The translations under genes and the position numbers were made by a program. Below the pieces are notes generated by a model, which had not been told where the DNA came from, ran no database searches, and was given only the letters and a program-made list of their open reading frames with translations. DNA of 63,958 nucleotides, filler included, from Phoronis australis (Eukaryota; Animalia; Phoronida): assembly GCA_002633005.1 (NCBI GenBank). It is 7 parts of 7 records of this genome, joined end to end, with 100 filler letters (N's around TTAATTAATTAA, not from the genome) between each part and the next. Parts side by side here need not be neighbours in the genome. Positions count along the whole stretch, not along the records: positions 37,245 to 41,369 come from NMRA01000861.1; positions 41,470 to 47,683 come from NMRA01002199.1; positions 47,784 to 59,455 come from NMRA01001684.1; 4 more parts are not named here. One strand, written 5' to 3'. Below are positions 37,245 through 51,099 of this stretch, piece after piece (within the stretch, counting starts at the first letter, position 1; each line of letters starts with the position of its first letter).

Positions 37245-40200
37245 TCCTCCTCTGGCATCCACTGTCCTCCAGTGGCCCCCAGTTGCCTCCACTGGCCTCG
37301 ACTGCCCTCCACAGGTCTCCACTGGCCTGCACTGGCCTCCAGAGGCACCCACTGGCCTCCAGTATTATCCACTGGCGTCAACATGCTTTCACTGGCCTCC
37401 ACTCGCCTTCACTGTGCTCCACTGCCTCCTTTTGCTCCCACTGGCCTTCACTGTTCTCCAATGGCCTCCACTGGACTTCAATGGCCTCCACTGGCTTACA
37501 CTGGCCTGCGCTGGCTTTCTCTGGCCTCTACTGGCCTCCACTGGACCCCACAGGCCTGCATTGTCCTCCACTGGCTTTCAGTGGCGTCCACTGGTCTTCA
37601 CTGGCCTCCAATGGCTTCCTGTGGCCTCCACAGGCTTCCACAGGCCTACACTGGCATCCACTGCCCGCAAACTGGCCCTCACTGGCTTCCAGTGGCGTCC
37701 TGTGACCTCCACTGTACCCACTGGCCTCCAGTGGGCTTCCTCTGGCCTCCACTTGCGTCTATTGTCCTCCAATGGATTTCAGTGGCGTCCACTGTCCTCC
37801 ACTGGCTTCCTGTTGCCTCCACAGGCACGCACTGGCCTCCACTAGCCCCCACTAGATTTCAGTGGCGACCACTGGTCTCCACTGGCTTTCACTGGCCTCC
37901 AATGGCTTCCTTTGGCCGCCACAGGCCTGTACAGGCCTGCACTGGCATCCACTGGCCTCCAGAGGCATGCACTGGCCTCCACTAGCATCCACTAGCCTCC
38001 ACAGGATTTCACTGTCCTCCACCCGCCACCACTGGCCTCCATTGGCTCTCTCTGGCCTCCACAGGCTTTCACTGCCCTTCACTATCCTCAACTGGCCTCC
38101 ACTGGCCTGCTTTGGCCCCCACTGGCCTTTACTGTCCTTCAATGGCCCCCCACTACCCTCTACTAGCTTTTTCTGGCCTCCACTGGCCTCCATTGGAATC
38201 CACTGGCTTCCACTGGCCTCCTCTAGCCTCCACTGTTCTCCTGTGGCCTCCACTGGCATCTACTGGCCTCCACTGGCTTACACTGGCCTCCACTGGCTTT
38301 CCCTGGCCTCCGCCGTCCCCCACTGGATTTTAGTGGCGTCCACTGGTCTCCACTGGCCTCCAATGGCTTCCTGTGGCCTCCAATGGCACCCACTGGCCTC
38401 TATTGTGCTCCACTGGAATCCAATGGCCTCCAGAGGATTTCAGTGGCGTCCACTGGCCTCCTGTTGCCTCCACACGCCTCCACTGGCACCCANCCACTGG
38501 CCTGCATTGTCCTCCACTGGCCTCCACTGGATTTCAGTGGCGTCGACTGGCCTCCACTGGTTTCCAATGGCTTCCTGTTGCCTCCACAGGCACCCACTGG
38601 CATCAACTGGCCTCCACTGGCATCCACTGGCCTCCTCTGGCATCCACTGTCCTCCAGTGGCCTCCACAAGCTTCCAGTGGCCTCCACAGCCTTCCATTGG
38701 CCTCTACTAGCGTCCATTGGCCTCCACTAGCATTCACAGGCCTCCACTGGCCACCAGTTGCCTCCACAGGCCTCCATTGGACTCCACTGGCTTCGACTGC
38801 CCTCCACAGGACTCCACTGGCCCCCACTGGATTTCAGTGGCGTCCACTGGTTTCCACTGGTTTGCAATGGCCTCCTGTGGCCGCCAAAGTCCTCCACTGG
38901 CATCCACTGGCCTCCAGAGGCATCCATTGGCCTCCACTAGCATCCACTAGCCTCCACAGATCTCCACTGGCCTCCACCGGCCTTCACTGGCATCGAGTGG
39001 TCTTTTGTGGCCTCCACAGGGCTCCACTGGCCTCCACTGGCTTTCTCTGGCCTCTACTGGCCTTCACCGGCCTCCACTGGAAGACCCTTATATTCGTGCA
39101 ACAAACACGAGTAAAAACTCAAAAATTCGAGTTCAAACTCGAACTTATTGCTTTAATATTGGGTTTACAAAGTGTGAACTAAGGGCAATAAATTATCTAC
39201 GTAAGTTATTGTGTACTTGAGCATAGAATAATAGACACTTATCTTGAGTTCGCCCAAAAGTAGAGTAGAAAATGCCAAACCTAATTTCAAGTTCCATTTC
39301 GAGTAAAAAGATTGGAGACCGGGCCCTGGCCTCCATTGGAATCCACTGGCTTCCACTGGCCTCCTCTAGCCTCCACTGTTCTCCTGTGGCCTCCACAGGC
39401 CTCCACTGGCATCTACTGCTCTCCGCTGGCTTACACTGGCCTCCACTGGCTTTCTCTGGCCTCCACCGTCCCCCACTGGCCTCCACTGGATTTCAGTAGC
39501 GTCCACTGGTCTCCACTGGCCTCCAATGGCACCCACTGACCTCCACTGGCTTACACTGGCCTCCACTGGCCTCTATTGTCCTCCACTGGAATCCAATGGC
39601 CTCCACTGGTTTTCAGTGGCGTCCACTGGCCTCCACTGGCCTCCTGTTGCCTCCACTGGCACCCACTTGCCTGCATTGTCCTCCACTGGCCTCCACTGGA
39701 TTTCAGTGGCGTCGACTGTCCTCCAATGGCTTCCTGTTGCCTCCACAGGCCTACACAGGCACCCACTGGCATCCACTGGCCTCCTCTGGCATCCACTGTC
39801 CTCCAGTGGCCTCCACAAGCTTCCAGTGGCCTCCACAGACTTCCATTGGCCTCTACTAGCGTCCATTGGCCTCCACTAGCATTCACAGGCCTCCACTGGC
39901 CACCAGTTTCCTCCACAGGCCTCCATTGGACTCCACTGGCTTCGACTGCCCTCCTCAGGACTCCACTGGCCCCCACAGGCCCCCACTGGATTTCAGTGGC
40001 GTCCACTGGTTTCCACTGGTTTGCAATGGCCTCCTGTGGCCGCCAAAGGCCTCCACTGGCCTGCACTGGCATCCACTGGCCTCCAGAGGCATCCACTGGC
40101 CTCCACTAGCATCCACTGGCCTCCACTAGCATCCACTGGCCTCCACAGATCTCCACTGGCCTCCACCGGCCTTCACTGGCATCGAGTGGTCTTTTGTGGC

Positions 40201-41369
40201 CTCCACAGGCATCCACTGTCATCCACTGGCTTACACTGGCCTCCACTGGCTTTCTCTGGCCTCTACTGGCCTTCACCGCCCTCCTCTGGCATCCACTGGA
40301 ATCCACTGGCTTCCACAGGTCTACACTCGCATCCACGGGCCTCCAATGGCATCCACTGGCCTCCAGTTGTCTCTTGTGGCCTCCACAGGCCTCCAATGGC
40401 CTCCACTGGATTTCACTGGCGTACACTGGACTCCAGTGGCTTCCACTGGCCTCCAATGGCTTCCTTTTGCCGCCACAGGCCTCCACAGGGCTACAGAGGC
40501 ATCCACTGGCGTTCACTGGATTTTTTTATGGCGTCCACAGGTCTCCACGGGCCCCCAATGGCTTTCTGTGGACTCCAGTGGCTTCCACAGGCCTACACTG
40601 GCATCCACTGGCCGCTTGTGACCTCCACATGCCTCCACTGGCCCCAACTGGCTTTCTCTAGCCTCCACTGGCTTCTATTGTCCCACTGGCCCTCACTAGC
40701 CGCTTGTGACCTCCAGATGCCTCCACTGGCCCCAACTGGCTTTCTCTAGCCTCCACTGGCTTCTATTGTCCTCCACTGGATTTTAGTGCCGTCCACTGGC
40801 CTCCAATGGCTTCCTGTTGCCTCCACAGCCCTCCACAGGCACCCACTGGCCTCTGCTGGCATCCACTGTCCTCCTCTGGCATCCACTGTCCTCCAGTGGA
40901 CCCCAGTTGCCTCCAATGGCCTCGACTGCCCTCCACATGTCACCACTGGCCTGCACTGGCATCCACTGGCCTCCAGAGGCATCCACTGGCCTCCAGTAGC
41001 ATCCACTGGCGTCCACATTCTTTCACTGGCCTCCACTCGCCTCCACTGGGCTCCACTGCCTCCTTTTGCTCCCTATGGCCTTCACTGTCCTCCAGTGGCC
41101 TCCACTGGACTTCACTGGCCCCCACTGGCTTCCACTGGCCCCCTTTGGCTCCCACTGGCCTTCACTGTCCTTCACTGGCCTCCAGTGGCCTCCACTGGTT
41201 TTCACTGGCCTCTACTATCTTTCACTGTACTCCACTGGCCTCCATTGGCCACCAGTGGCTGTCTCTGGCCTCCACAGGCATCCACAGGCATCCACTGGCA
41301 TCCACTGGCATCCGCTGGCCTCCTCTAGCCTCCACTGTCGTCCACTGGCCTCCACAGGCCTCCACTGGC
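37245..41369. repeat. Satellite/minisatellite with 10-bp unit CCTCCACTGG
   Basis: Hundreds of degenerate 10-mers fill the whole contig, with higher-order block duplications. Confidence 0.97.
39081..39325. mobile_element. One-ended fragment of the GGCC/CTG MITE inside the satellite
   Basis: Reverse-complement similarity to 1590-1835. Ends gagaccgggcc|ctg. Confidence 0.8.
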
Positions 41370-41601
41370 NNNNNNNNNNNNNNNNNNNNNNNNNNNNNNN
41401 NNNNNNNNNNNNNTTAATTAATTAANNNNNNNNNNNNNNNNNNNNNNNNNNNNNNNNNNNNNNNNNNNNAAGATATCATTTTTATGGAAATTATGTGTCT
41501 TATTTTTCGTAGCGTATAAGTACAGTACAATGCGGTTTGTTGAACATGCGATAATTGCGCGTGCTCATTTAAGTATTCTATTTTCACTCCTGATGACGTC
41601 A

Positions 41602-41675
41602 GTCGCTGCATGGTGTAGTGGTAAAGTCGGCGACCAGCAATTTCAGGGTCCCGGGGTCGACTCCGTCCTCGGTTT
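41602..41675 (+). mobile_element. tRNA-derived SINE head or tRNA pseudogene
   Basis: A box TGGTGTAGTGG and B-box-like GGGTCGACTCC at tRNA spacing; stems pair poorly. Confidence 0.5.
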
Positions 41676-42232
41676 CCCGCCAAATCGTTATCTCACTAGT
41701 GAGATAACTTTATTTTTTTACACGGTTGTGTCTGCCATTCGACGCTAATATTGTGGTATAAAGCGCATTATATTATGTTTTACTCAATATAACCGTTCAT
41801 AGTTCATAGTATATAGCAGTTTACTACCCAAATTAAAGTACAGATAATCTTGTTAAGACATACATTTGTAATCAGTAAAGAAAACTTAAGGAACTGTAAA
41901 ATTTAAAAATTAACAGTACGTGGAAAATTGTAGTATTAAATAGAAGCCTACTTTAGATTTTTATTATACTGTATTATATTAAATTAATGCTATTAAAATG
42001 TAAAAGTTAAAAGAATACCACAGTATATGAGTACGTAAATCTTAGGCCACATCACGTAATCTAATAAATATAAGTCTGAAGACTTCTCGTCCTGGTCAGG
42101 AGAAGAAATCTTTTCACACAGAATAAGCGAAAATTACCAGCATAACCAAAGAGGCATGGAACGCGAAAACTCGTATAAATAATTCTTTAACAGATCGAGG
42201 CGAATCTACTTCTTGGGGATGCTGACGTGAGA

Positions 42233-42505
42233 GTTAAAGTCCTTGTCTCACGCGTTGTTAACCCTTATTACATGGTTAGAAGATGTTATAAGGATCCAAG
42301 AAGTACCTACCCCGTAACTAATACAAGCCTGGTCTTCAAGTTCAGGATCAAAAACATTCAACTTGGTATGTTACATGTACAGTTCTATCATGTACACGCA
42401 CGTGCCAGTGGTAGTTAAAGTCCTTGTCTCACGCGTTGTTAACCCTTATTACATGGTTAGAAGATGTTATAAGGATCCAAGAAGTACCTATCCCATAACT
42501 AATAC
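42233..42505. repeat. About 92-bp direct repeat x2 (period 180)
   Basis: gttaaagtccttgtctcacgcg...taactaatac at about 42233 and 42414, nearly identical. Confidence 0.9.
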
Positions 42506-45326
42506 ACGATCCGTACTCGAAAACTGTTTAAATGAACGCGCCACTCACGATTCGCACCCGAAGAAACACCTCCATTTTGAACTTGCCGCGAACCCGGAAG
42601 TACAATTCATTCAGGAACCCAGGCCGAGAAAACGCCGTCAGTGCGACTAGAGCAGTGCCTGTACTGTTACCAGCCAACAAACGGGGATAAATAAATCGAC
42701 AGCGCGCCTTAATTTTGATAAAATCAAACTACGGACAATTTTATGGAATTTGCTGAAGAAATGTGGCGAATAAATTTTGACATATTTGAATTATTTTGCC
42801 AGACTCGGGACCGCAGCCTATCGGACCCGGTGCGGATCGAGACCAGACACTGGCGAACGGTAAATGCATGCGGTTGCAAGCTGTTTTGTCGAAGTAAAAT
42901 GGTCAAATGATAAATGCTGCATATATTCAAAGGTAGTTTCAGACACTTGCATGAAATTACNNNNNNNNNNNNNNNNNNNNNNNNNNNNNNNNNNNNNNNN
43001 NNNNNNNNNNNNNNNNNNNNNNNNNNNNNNNNNNNNNNNNNNNNNNNNNNNNNNNNNNNNNNNNNNNNNNNNNNNNNNNNNNNNNNNNNNNNNNNNNNNN
43101 NNNNNNNNNNNNNNNNNNNNNNNNNNNNNNNNNNNNNNNNNNNNNNNNNNNNNNNNNNNNNNNNNNNNNNNNNNNNNNNNNNNNNNNNNNNNNNNNNNNN
43201 NNNNNNNNNNNNNNNNNNNNNNNNNNNNNNNNNNNNNNNNNNNNNNNNNNNNNNNNNNNNNNNNNNNNNNNNNNNNNNNNNNNNNNNNNNNNNNNNNNNN
43301 NNNNNNNNNNNNNNNNNNNNNNNNNNNNNNNNNNNNNNNNNNNNNNNNNNNNNNNNNNNNNNNNNNNNNNNNNNNNNNNNNNNNNNNNNNNNNNNNNNNN
43401 NNNNNNNNNNNNNNNNNNNNNNNNNNNNNNNNNNNNNNNNNNNNNNNNNNNNNNNNNNNNNNNNNNNNNNNNNNNNNNNNNNNNNNNNNNNNNNNNNNNN
43501 NNNNNNNNNNNNNNNNNNNNNNNNNNNNNNNNNNNNNNNNNNNNNNNNNNNNNNNNNNNNNNNNNNNNNNNNNNNNNNNNNNNNNNNNNNNNNNNNNNNN
43601 NNNNNNNNNNNNNNNNNNNNNNNNNNNNNNNNNNNNNNNNNNNNNNNNNNNNNNNNNNNNNNNNNNNNNNNNNNNNNNNNNNNNNNNNNNNNNNNNNNNN
43701 NNNNNNNNNNNNNNNNNNNNNNNNNNNNNNNNNNNNNNNNNNNNNNNNNNNNNNNNNNNNNNNNNNNNNNNNNNNNNNNNNNNNNNNNNNNNNNNNNNNN
43801 NNNNNNNNNNNNNNNNNNNNNNNNNNNNNNNNNNNNNNNNNNNNNNNNNNNNNNNNNNNNNNNNNNNNNNNNNNNNNNNNNNNNNNNNNNNNNNNNNNNN
43901 GAAATGTGGGTACGGAAATAACCGATGACAACCGGTAATCATACGCTCAGAGAGAAGAGTCAAATACTGTTACAAAATCGCTTTTGGCAAGAAAGGCGAA
44001 AAGAATATAAAGAAAGAGTGTCGAAAATAAGAATTTATGTAGTAAGTATTTTCGGATACTGGAACCACATGGGCAGTTTGCAACAAGGACTTTAAGACAA
44101 ACGTGTCGCTGCACAACTGTTTCTAGATATTGCCTTTGATTTGCCGTTTTCATGTTCGTTTCTGTGCTATCTTATCAAAGAGTTCGGGCGAGTGAAAAGC
44201 GGACTTTTTATTTTTGCGAAGGAATTGGTCAAAATTAATTCTTTGCTGTGTGGCTCATTGAACAAAATAAAAGATAACAGGGCTTGGACCAGGAGTAACC
44301 ACTGGCAAAAAAGGAAATTGTCCAGGTGATGTAGAACGTAGGCTTGTGTATTGTAAAATTTAAGTGAAATACACGTTTTTTTGCATGACTAAAATCAAAA
44401 TAATGGTAAAACAGATCAAACTGGAAAGCAAATATGAGGAAATCGAGGCCAAAAAGAGGAAACCCTCTTACTAGAGGAAAATTCCAAACCGTGAAAGAAC
44501 TGACATGTAGACACTCCAGTAACATGGACACAGCAAGCCAAGAGCAAGAGTTTCACTGAAACGTCATCAAAATTAACAAAGCCAGGAAGTCGCATTTTCT
44601 ACATTATGTGTAAATACACAAATAACAAAAAAAAACGTTTAATTACTGCCACCTAGGATTTCTGTGATCCGATTAGAAAAGGCCCCATTATTCAAAACTT
44701 GACTCTGATATTACATGCGCGCACGCAGCCATAAAATTGGGGGCTCGATTTTTTGAGAATATAGACCTTTTACTACTAGATTCACGGGTTACCGTGACGT
44801 TCAGAGCTATCATGATAGTCGTCGAGTTTTTTTATTTCAGTGCTGCGGCGGATCTGTTTGCCTACATGCACGCATGAGATACCTCGAGTCAATTTCCATC
44901 ATTTAATAGTCATGAAAACACTCAACGGACTGGAGCACAATTTTTTAAAGAAAATCCCGAGAAATTCATGCTCATCACAAAACTCTTCATAAGTTTGTTG
45001 CTGTTAAGAAGTAACCAAAAATGAAGTTCAAAGATTTATTAAAGTTTAAAAAACAGGTTATGTTGCAGAAACGTTTCACATTGAACGGGTATCCAGACGT
45101 ACGTTGCGTCAAAGAAGTGAACGTTTGAGTGATACCACGTGACGCAATCATACAATGAGTCTTATAACTGCACCTTCATGGTAAGCGATGACTTATGGAC
45201 CATACGCTCAACGTATAATGACACTCTGTTGCTAGCCAAATGTAGACAGAGGCCTGGCTCGGGTAATAACGAACTATGGTCAGTATTTCAAAGACCCAAT
45301 TTAACTGAGCAACGGTTTGAGACCAG

Positions 45327-45573
45327 GGACCCGTTCCAACAAAACTGACTTAGCTAAGACAAATCTTATTTTTTTAAATTTTAAAATTAAAGTTAGATTT
45401 GTCTCAAAACCAATTCAAGAAAGAGATCCTAAGTTTGACTAAGTCTATGACCTACATTTTGTCTTAATTTTGAATAACTTTCCAAATGTGGAAGTTTTAA
45501 AGTTTGTCAATTAAGACAAATCTTAGACTCATAAGTCAAAAATGAACTTAAGTCATTTTCTTGGAACAGGGCC
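45327..45573. mobile_element. Harbinger-like MITE
   Basis: TIR ggacccgttccaacaaaactgactta / taagtcattttcttggaacagggcc; flanks CAG/CAA. Confidence 0.6.
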
Positions 45574-47139
45574 CAACTCCGTAACGCATGAGGTCAAAAT
45601 CAGTTGTTATTTTTGCGATGGAAAAAGGTTGTTAGCTGTGATTTGCCACATAGGATATCTTCCCCTGCTTGCTTATTGTGGCTTCCTGCAAGCTGTCCAC
45701 GTGAGTAATACATGTGCAAACTAGGGAAGAATATCAATTCTAAAGGCAAAGGACAATAACGTATATTTTGAATATTAGCATGAAGGGTGTGCGCTTATTA
45801 GGGTTTCCACTAGTTGGAGTGCAAATCGAGGTAATATTTATTCAGCCGGCCCGCTGATTGCTTCTGAATCATAATACCCTTGATAAGACTTTTAACTTAA
45901 CAAACTATTCAGTCATGGTATGTTGTAGTGGCGGATCTACGATACCATAAGGGTGTGGCAACACTTTGTCTCGGGCAATCGCGCCGTCAGCCGGAAATGA
46001 AGGAGGGCTTGGACTTCTGAGAGCGTGGACCTCGCTGAAATGCAGCCACACGACTAAAAAATAAAAACAGGGACACGCTTCCACACCGTATTTCGTCTAC
46101 TTCCTCATTACCAGTGTTAACTAGAGTAAACTCAATATTTCCTCACGCTCTTAATTTCTTCCTGATTTATTTTGGCCGCAGCCAAGTGGTGGGGGGGGGG
46201 GCTGTCCCCCCCCTCAAATCTGCCTGTGTGTTGCTGGACTTAATATTTAGCTGCTTTAGCCGGTTCCAACTACGCTCTCGTTCCAGCTCACACTCGGTGT
46301 CTCTCAATCTAGCGTTCGTGAAAATCTAAATCAGTCAGTCTCCAGCAAACAAATATTCAATTATTGAGGCGACGTCCACCTGTTCACTGAGTGTTAAAGA
46401 ATGGAATGTTGCGCCCTTTGAACTCTGTGCGCTTTGTTTCGTTTGNGGGGCTGTCCCCCCCCTCAAATCTGCCTGTGTGTTGCTGGACTTAATATTTAGC
46501 TGCTTTAGCCGGTTCCAACTACGCTCTCGTTCCAGCTCACACTCGGTGTCTCTCAATCTAGCGTTCGTGAAAATCTAAATCAGTCAGTCTCCAGCAAACA
46601 AATATTCAATTATTGAGGCGACGTCCACCTGTTCACTGAGTGTTAAAGAATGGAATGTTGCGCCCTTTGAACTCTGTGCGCTTTGTTTCGTTTGCGTCAT
46701 ACCAATTCGATTGACTCAAAGTACCGAGCTGTAATTACACCACGGCCGATGGGTGCCGCGACTAGTCACTACAAATCCCTACGTGTACTCGTTCAAGTCA
46801 AGAGCCCGCTGGGCAGTCGACAATGCTCACTCACAATTTATTTTGGTTTCGTATTGTTTTTTGTTGCGCATCTATGACCCGTCCTTTACTGTTTAACTAT
46901 ACAACAATGGTGGATCTACGATATCACTAGGGGGCCTATCATTTTGTCCGTCAACATTTGCGCAAAGCACGATTGTAGATGCGCATAGCACCGAATGGGG
47001 AAGGTCGGAAGGGGGTTTGCCCCCCTCCCGCCAGGAATTTTTTTTCAGTTTTTTCCTCTAAAAATAAAGCATTTTCCTTGTTTCTTGAAGTAATATCAAA
47101 GAAAAAAAAAACGGAGAACGTGTGAAACTTGAAAAACTG

Positions 47140-47210
47140 CAATCATAAGACTCGAACTCACGACCTGGCGGATACAACGCGCGTGCTTTGCACCACCACG
47201 ACTTTATTTG
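47140..47210 (-). mobile_element. tRNA-like SINE head
   Basis: Minus strand gtcgtggtggtgcaaagc...gtcgtgagttcgagtct with a B box GTTCGAGTC. Confidence 0.4.
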
Positions 47211-50200
47211 CTCATTGATTCTAAGAGACCTACTTGTTTATGGTCCACAGCGTTTGCTCGCGAAACCTACTTCTTTTTGTAATATATTACAGTTGTTATA
47301 TTTTGTGCAATCAGTTCGTAACAAATTTGTTGTATTTAAAATAGTCTTCAATTGCCCAAAAGACCAAATCCGTTTTTTTGTGTTGGCATTAATGACGCGA
47401 TTTCTTTGGGCGTCGTCTTAAGTTAAGGTTTGTCAAAGAGAGAATTATGAGTTTCTGAGTGATTCACTGAGGTTTAGATTGAAATTCACATCTTACCAGC
47501 AACTTCTGTTTTTTCATCGTCACTGAGATTCCATTTTCTTTAAACATGAAGTAATTTTCTTCATTGCACAGTGAAGCAGACGACGGAAACGGAGTCGTAG
47601 TGCGCAGCGCCATTGCCGGTCGTCTGAGGAACGCGGGAGAGGCTATACTTAGGCATAGTTCCGTTACGATTGCGCCGTGTTCCNNNNNNNNNNNNNNNNN
47701 NNNNNNNNNNNNNNNNNNNNNNNNNNNTTAATTAATTAANNNNNNNNNNNNNNNNNNNNNNNNNNNNNNNNNNNNNNNNNNNNCGGCAGGCAGGGGGCAG
47801 AGGTGCTCAGGACAGGGGGCGCGGTGGAAACCGTGCCGACCCAAGGGACAAGGGAAAGAAAAAGGTGAGTGGAGGTTGTCGGTCAATGTCACAAAGTTTT
47901 TGTTGCTCCAAATAGTGATGTGAAGCTGCTTTGTGCCTGCCCTCGGCGATCTTCCGACATTCAAAACTCAAAATTTTTAAATTGGATTTTGCCACTACAA
48001 GATTGGTCTCAATATATGGAATTGATATCCAAAAGTCATACGACTGGAAGTGAGCCAAGTCCATACCCATACTGAGTGGAGTTCCCAGTTGGTACATTGA
48101 AACTTAAAGTAAGAAATGAAACTCGGCTACTTGCCTTTTTTCAACATCAAATAATGCTGCGGCTGAGCAGTGTGAATAGCCAGTTAGTATTTTACAAGGC
48201 AGACTTTCTGGTAACGATGTGGTCCTTGGATATTAAGTACTAGTCCACGAGAGCACCAACCATGAGCGGCAAGGTGGGGGTCAGCCGATTTTCACCAAAT
48301 TTGGCACANTAGGTAGTCCTATGGGATCTATAAACAGCGGTAAAATATTTCCTTAAAATATTGCGTTTTTCTAAAGTTATAGGTTCAAACACATTTTACG
48401 GCTTCGCAGCCATGTTTTCACGGCATAGAAACTGTCCAGTTTTAACTGTTCATATTTTTCCTTGAATGAAAGCTATTGATTTATTATTCACTTGGCATTG
48501 TTTAGTGGCGCCTATAGATTGTTACACAGATGTCTTGAAACACGATTCTGATTTACTACCCTCATTTAGTAGTTTTACTACACTGCCCCCCGTTATGCCA
48601 TTTTGAGGTTGTGTTCAGTACACTGTTGTACCAAATCTGCCCCCACTGTTATGAGAATGAAACTTAGCCAAAATGTTGACAAAACATGTTACTTTCATTG
48701 CATAAAATAAAAACTTTGTCAGCCAGCTTATTAGTTATACATTTTGGCACCTCAAATGTACTAAAATGAGAAATTTTCATACATCTGAGATCGATGCGTG
48801 AGCACCGTAAAATCCGATTGTCCTTCATGTTTTTCGATATTTTGCAGCAAGTTAGTTCCTCTTCAATGTTTTAAACGTTTTACTACTTACCACTTAGGGC
48901 TACAGTACTCCTAAATACCATACATGGCTCCATTTTGTAAAAAGCCGATTATGTCCTTCACATTGAACAGGGTTAGACATAAACTCGACAAATGTAGGTT
49001 ATTTTGATTTACAGTTGTTTTACTTTGCAATTTCTCATGGGTATTTCTTCACACATATTCAAGTCAGATTTTCTGTTGATCAAATGTTCATGCAAAGCAT
49101 TGTAATATCAAATGAATGATAAGTTTGGTGGCATGACCGCAATTTTTCCAACGACTTAAAACAAAAGACCGCAGAAATTTTCCTGACGAAATACCGGGTT
49201 TGCAGTTCTCTAAAAACATTCGAATGACAAGACAAACTCCACCACTGTCCGTGGCAACTCGTCGCTTGCTTTTCGCCCATCGGTCCTATCATTGTTATCC
49301 TTTGTTATGTCGTTGTTGGATATAACAACACAGGTCGCATGGATATAGAACCTTGCGTACATCAGACCGTTGCCGATAAGTGCTCGTCATTATATCTTTA
49401 TTATAACAACGGGAACAATGAAGAAACTAATCTATTGAATGTTCTCTATGCGACCAGGTTTCCCGTGGATGACCACAGAAGAGGAATCCCAAAGTATCCA
49501 CAAACAATGACCACGCACCTTAGTAACTATTACTGCGCACACGAATCCTTTCCGTGGAACCTAAACACCAAAATTTATATCTGTGTATTGTGTTGTATTG
49601 CTCATGGTACGGGTTTAGAAACTGTTGTTTTAAGATTCCAATCCCCAACACTGTAATACTGTATGTAGTTTGAGTAAAATTTCTAAACAATGCAGGTTTA
49701 TGGATTTATTCTCCTTTAAATGAAGAGTAAAAATCAAATTCTGCACAGGTTTTTTAATCACTTATTAGAAGATCACACATCTAAAAAATAAAACAATGTT
49801 TGACAATTTTATTCATTATCTTATTTGAAAATTGCCTACATCGCAGACAACTCATCTAAGTTGAAAATATTCCTTGTGAAAAAATATAAAATACCAACCA
49901 GAGACTTGTGTACTACAAAATATGTTTTCGTAATACAATGCAAAGATAACTGTACAGTCAAAAGTGCAAATGTTATGACTCTAATAAAAAATTGCCTTCT
50001 AAATCTTTTCAACACTCTAATTGCTACAGGACAGAGTCAACCACACAAAGCCCATAAAGTCAGGGAATTACATTTCAGGTGATGTAGTCTCACTGCGAAA
50101 AAGTGATTTCGCAATATCGCTGACAACACTGGAAATCTCTTCTTCACAAACTTGAGGTAGCTGTATTTACCACATCAATGTTCTTATCGAAACTAACCAC

Positions 50201-51099
50201 CACAAAATGAAAACTTGGCTTGTCGGTTCCAATTAGGCAGCATTTTACAATGAAATGGTCATGAAAAAATACTTTTGCAACATGGTTTGCATTACAATTG
50301 CCCTACGATTACAGTTGTACATACATACTAGACCAGTAACAAAATTACCCATGGGAACCATAAAATGGTCAATTTGCCAAAAAAAAAAACAAGGAGCCAC
50401 CAGAGCTAATGTGCCAATACTTTTCAGTACTGCAACAAAAAATCATTTGAGGTGGACATAAACTCACCTAAAATCACATAAAACAACTTTTGATTTAGAC
50501 ATTCTACCATCACGAAATAGGTATTACTTCCAGGCCACCTTTGAGCAATTTCAGGACTTTGAAAGATCTGGCAATATGCGATTGCTTAGAGACCAGACTA
50601 ATAGTGTGTGATTTTATACACACGGCAAGGTCTCAAGGAATAGCAAACTGTCAATTCTCTACAATTCCAGAAATCACTTCCCATCTGGATAAGGAATAAA
50701 CTGAGCAAAGTTTATAGAGGTAAATGGTCTAAATCAAAACTTAATATTACCTCCTGGACAGAATATGGGTTTACAACCCAGGCAGAAAGATAAGTTAACA
50801 AAACCAGCCTAACTGCAACAGGGTCTCAAATTTCAGTAATATATACCCATTTACAAACAAAAATCTGCAATGGTAAATAAAATGCGGAAACATAAATTCA
50901 GATCAATTACGCATCTTCAAGGAAAAGGAACAGTACAGTGGTCAGAAATCATCTAAATGTGATGGCCACACTGAGAAATCCTGTCAGACCAAAAAACCAA
51001 TGGCTAAACAAAATGAACAATGCACCATTACCATGTGGTCCAGGATCATGATCCGTGCCTGAACAAAAATTCAGTCTTAGACTAGGTAAATTTTAGATT

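Noticed and set aside
37245-41369. Many long overlapping ORFs (HWPPLASTGL repeats)
   Set aside because: By-product of a stop-poor 10-bp satellite; open in several frames on both strands.
37245-41369. CRISPR-like or other repeat-spacer array
   Set aside because: Contiguous degenerate units with no unique spacers; eukaryotic context and no cas genes.
46198-46694. Exact tandem duplication of about 248 bp
   Set aside because: Identical copies separated by a single N; most likely unmerged overlapping contig ends.
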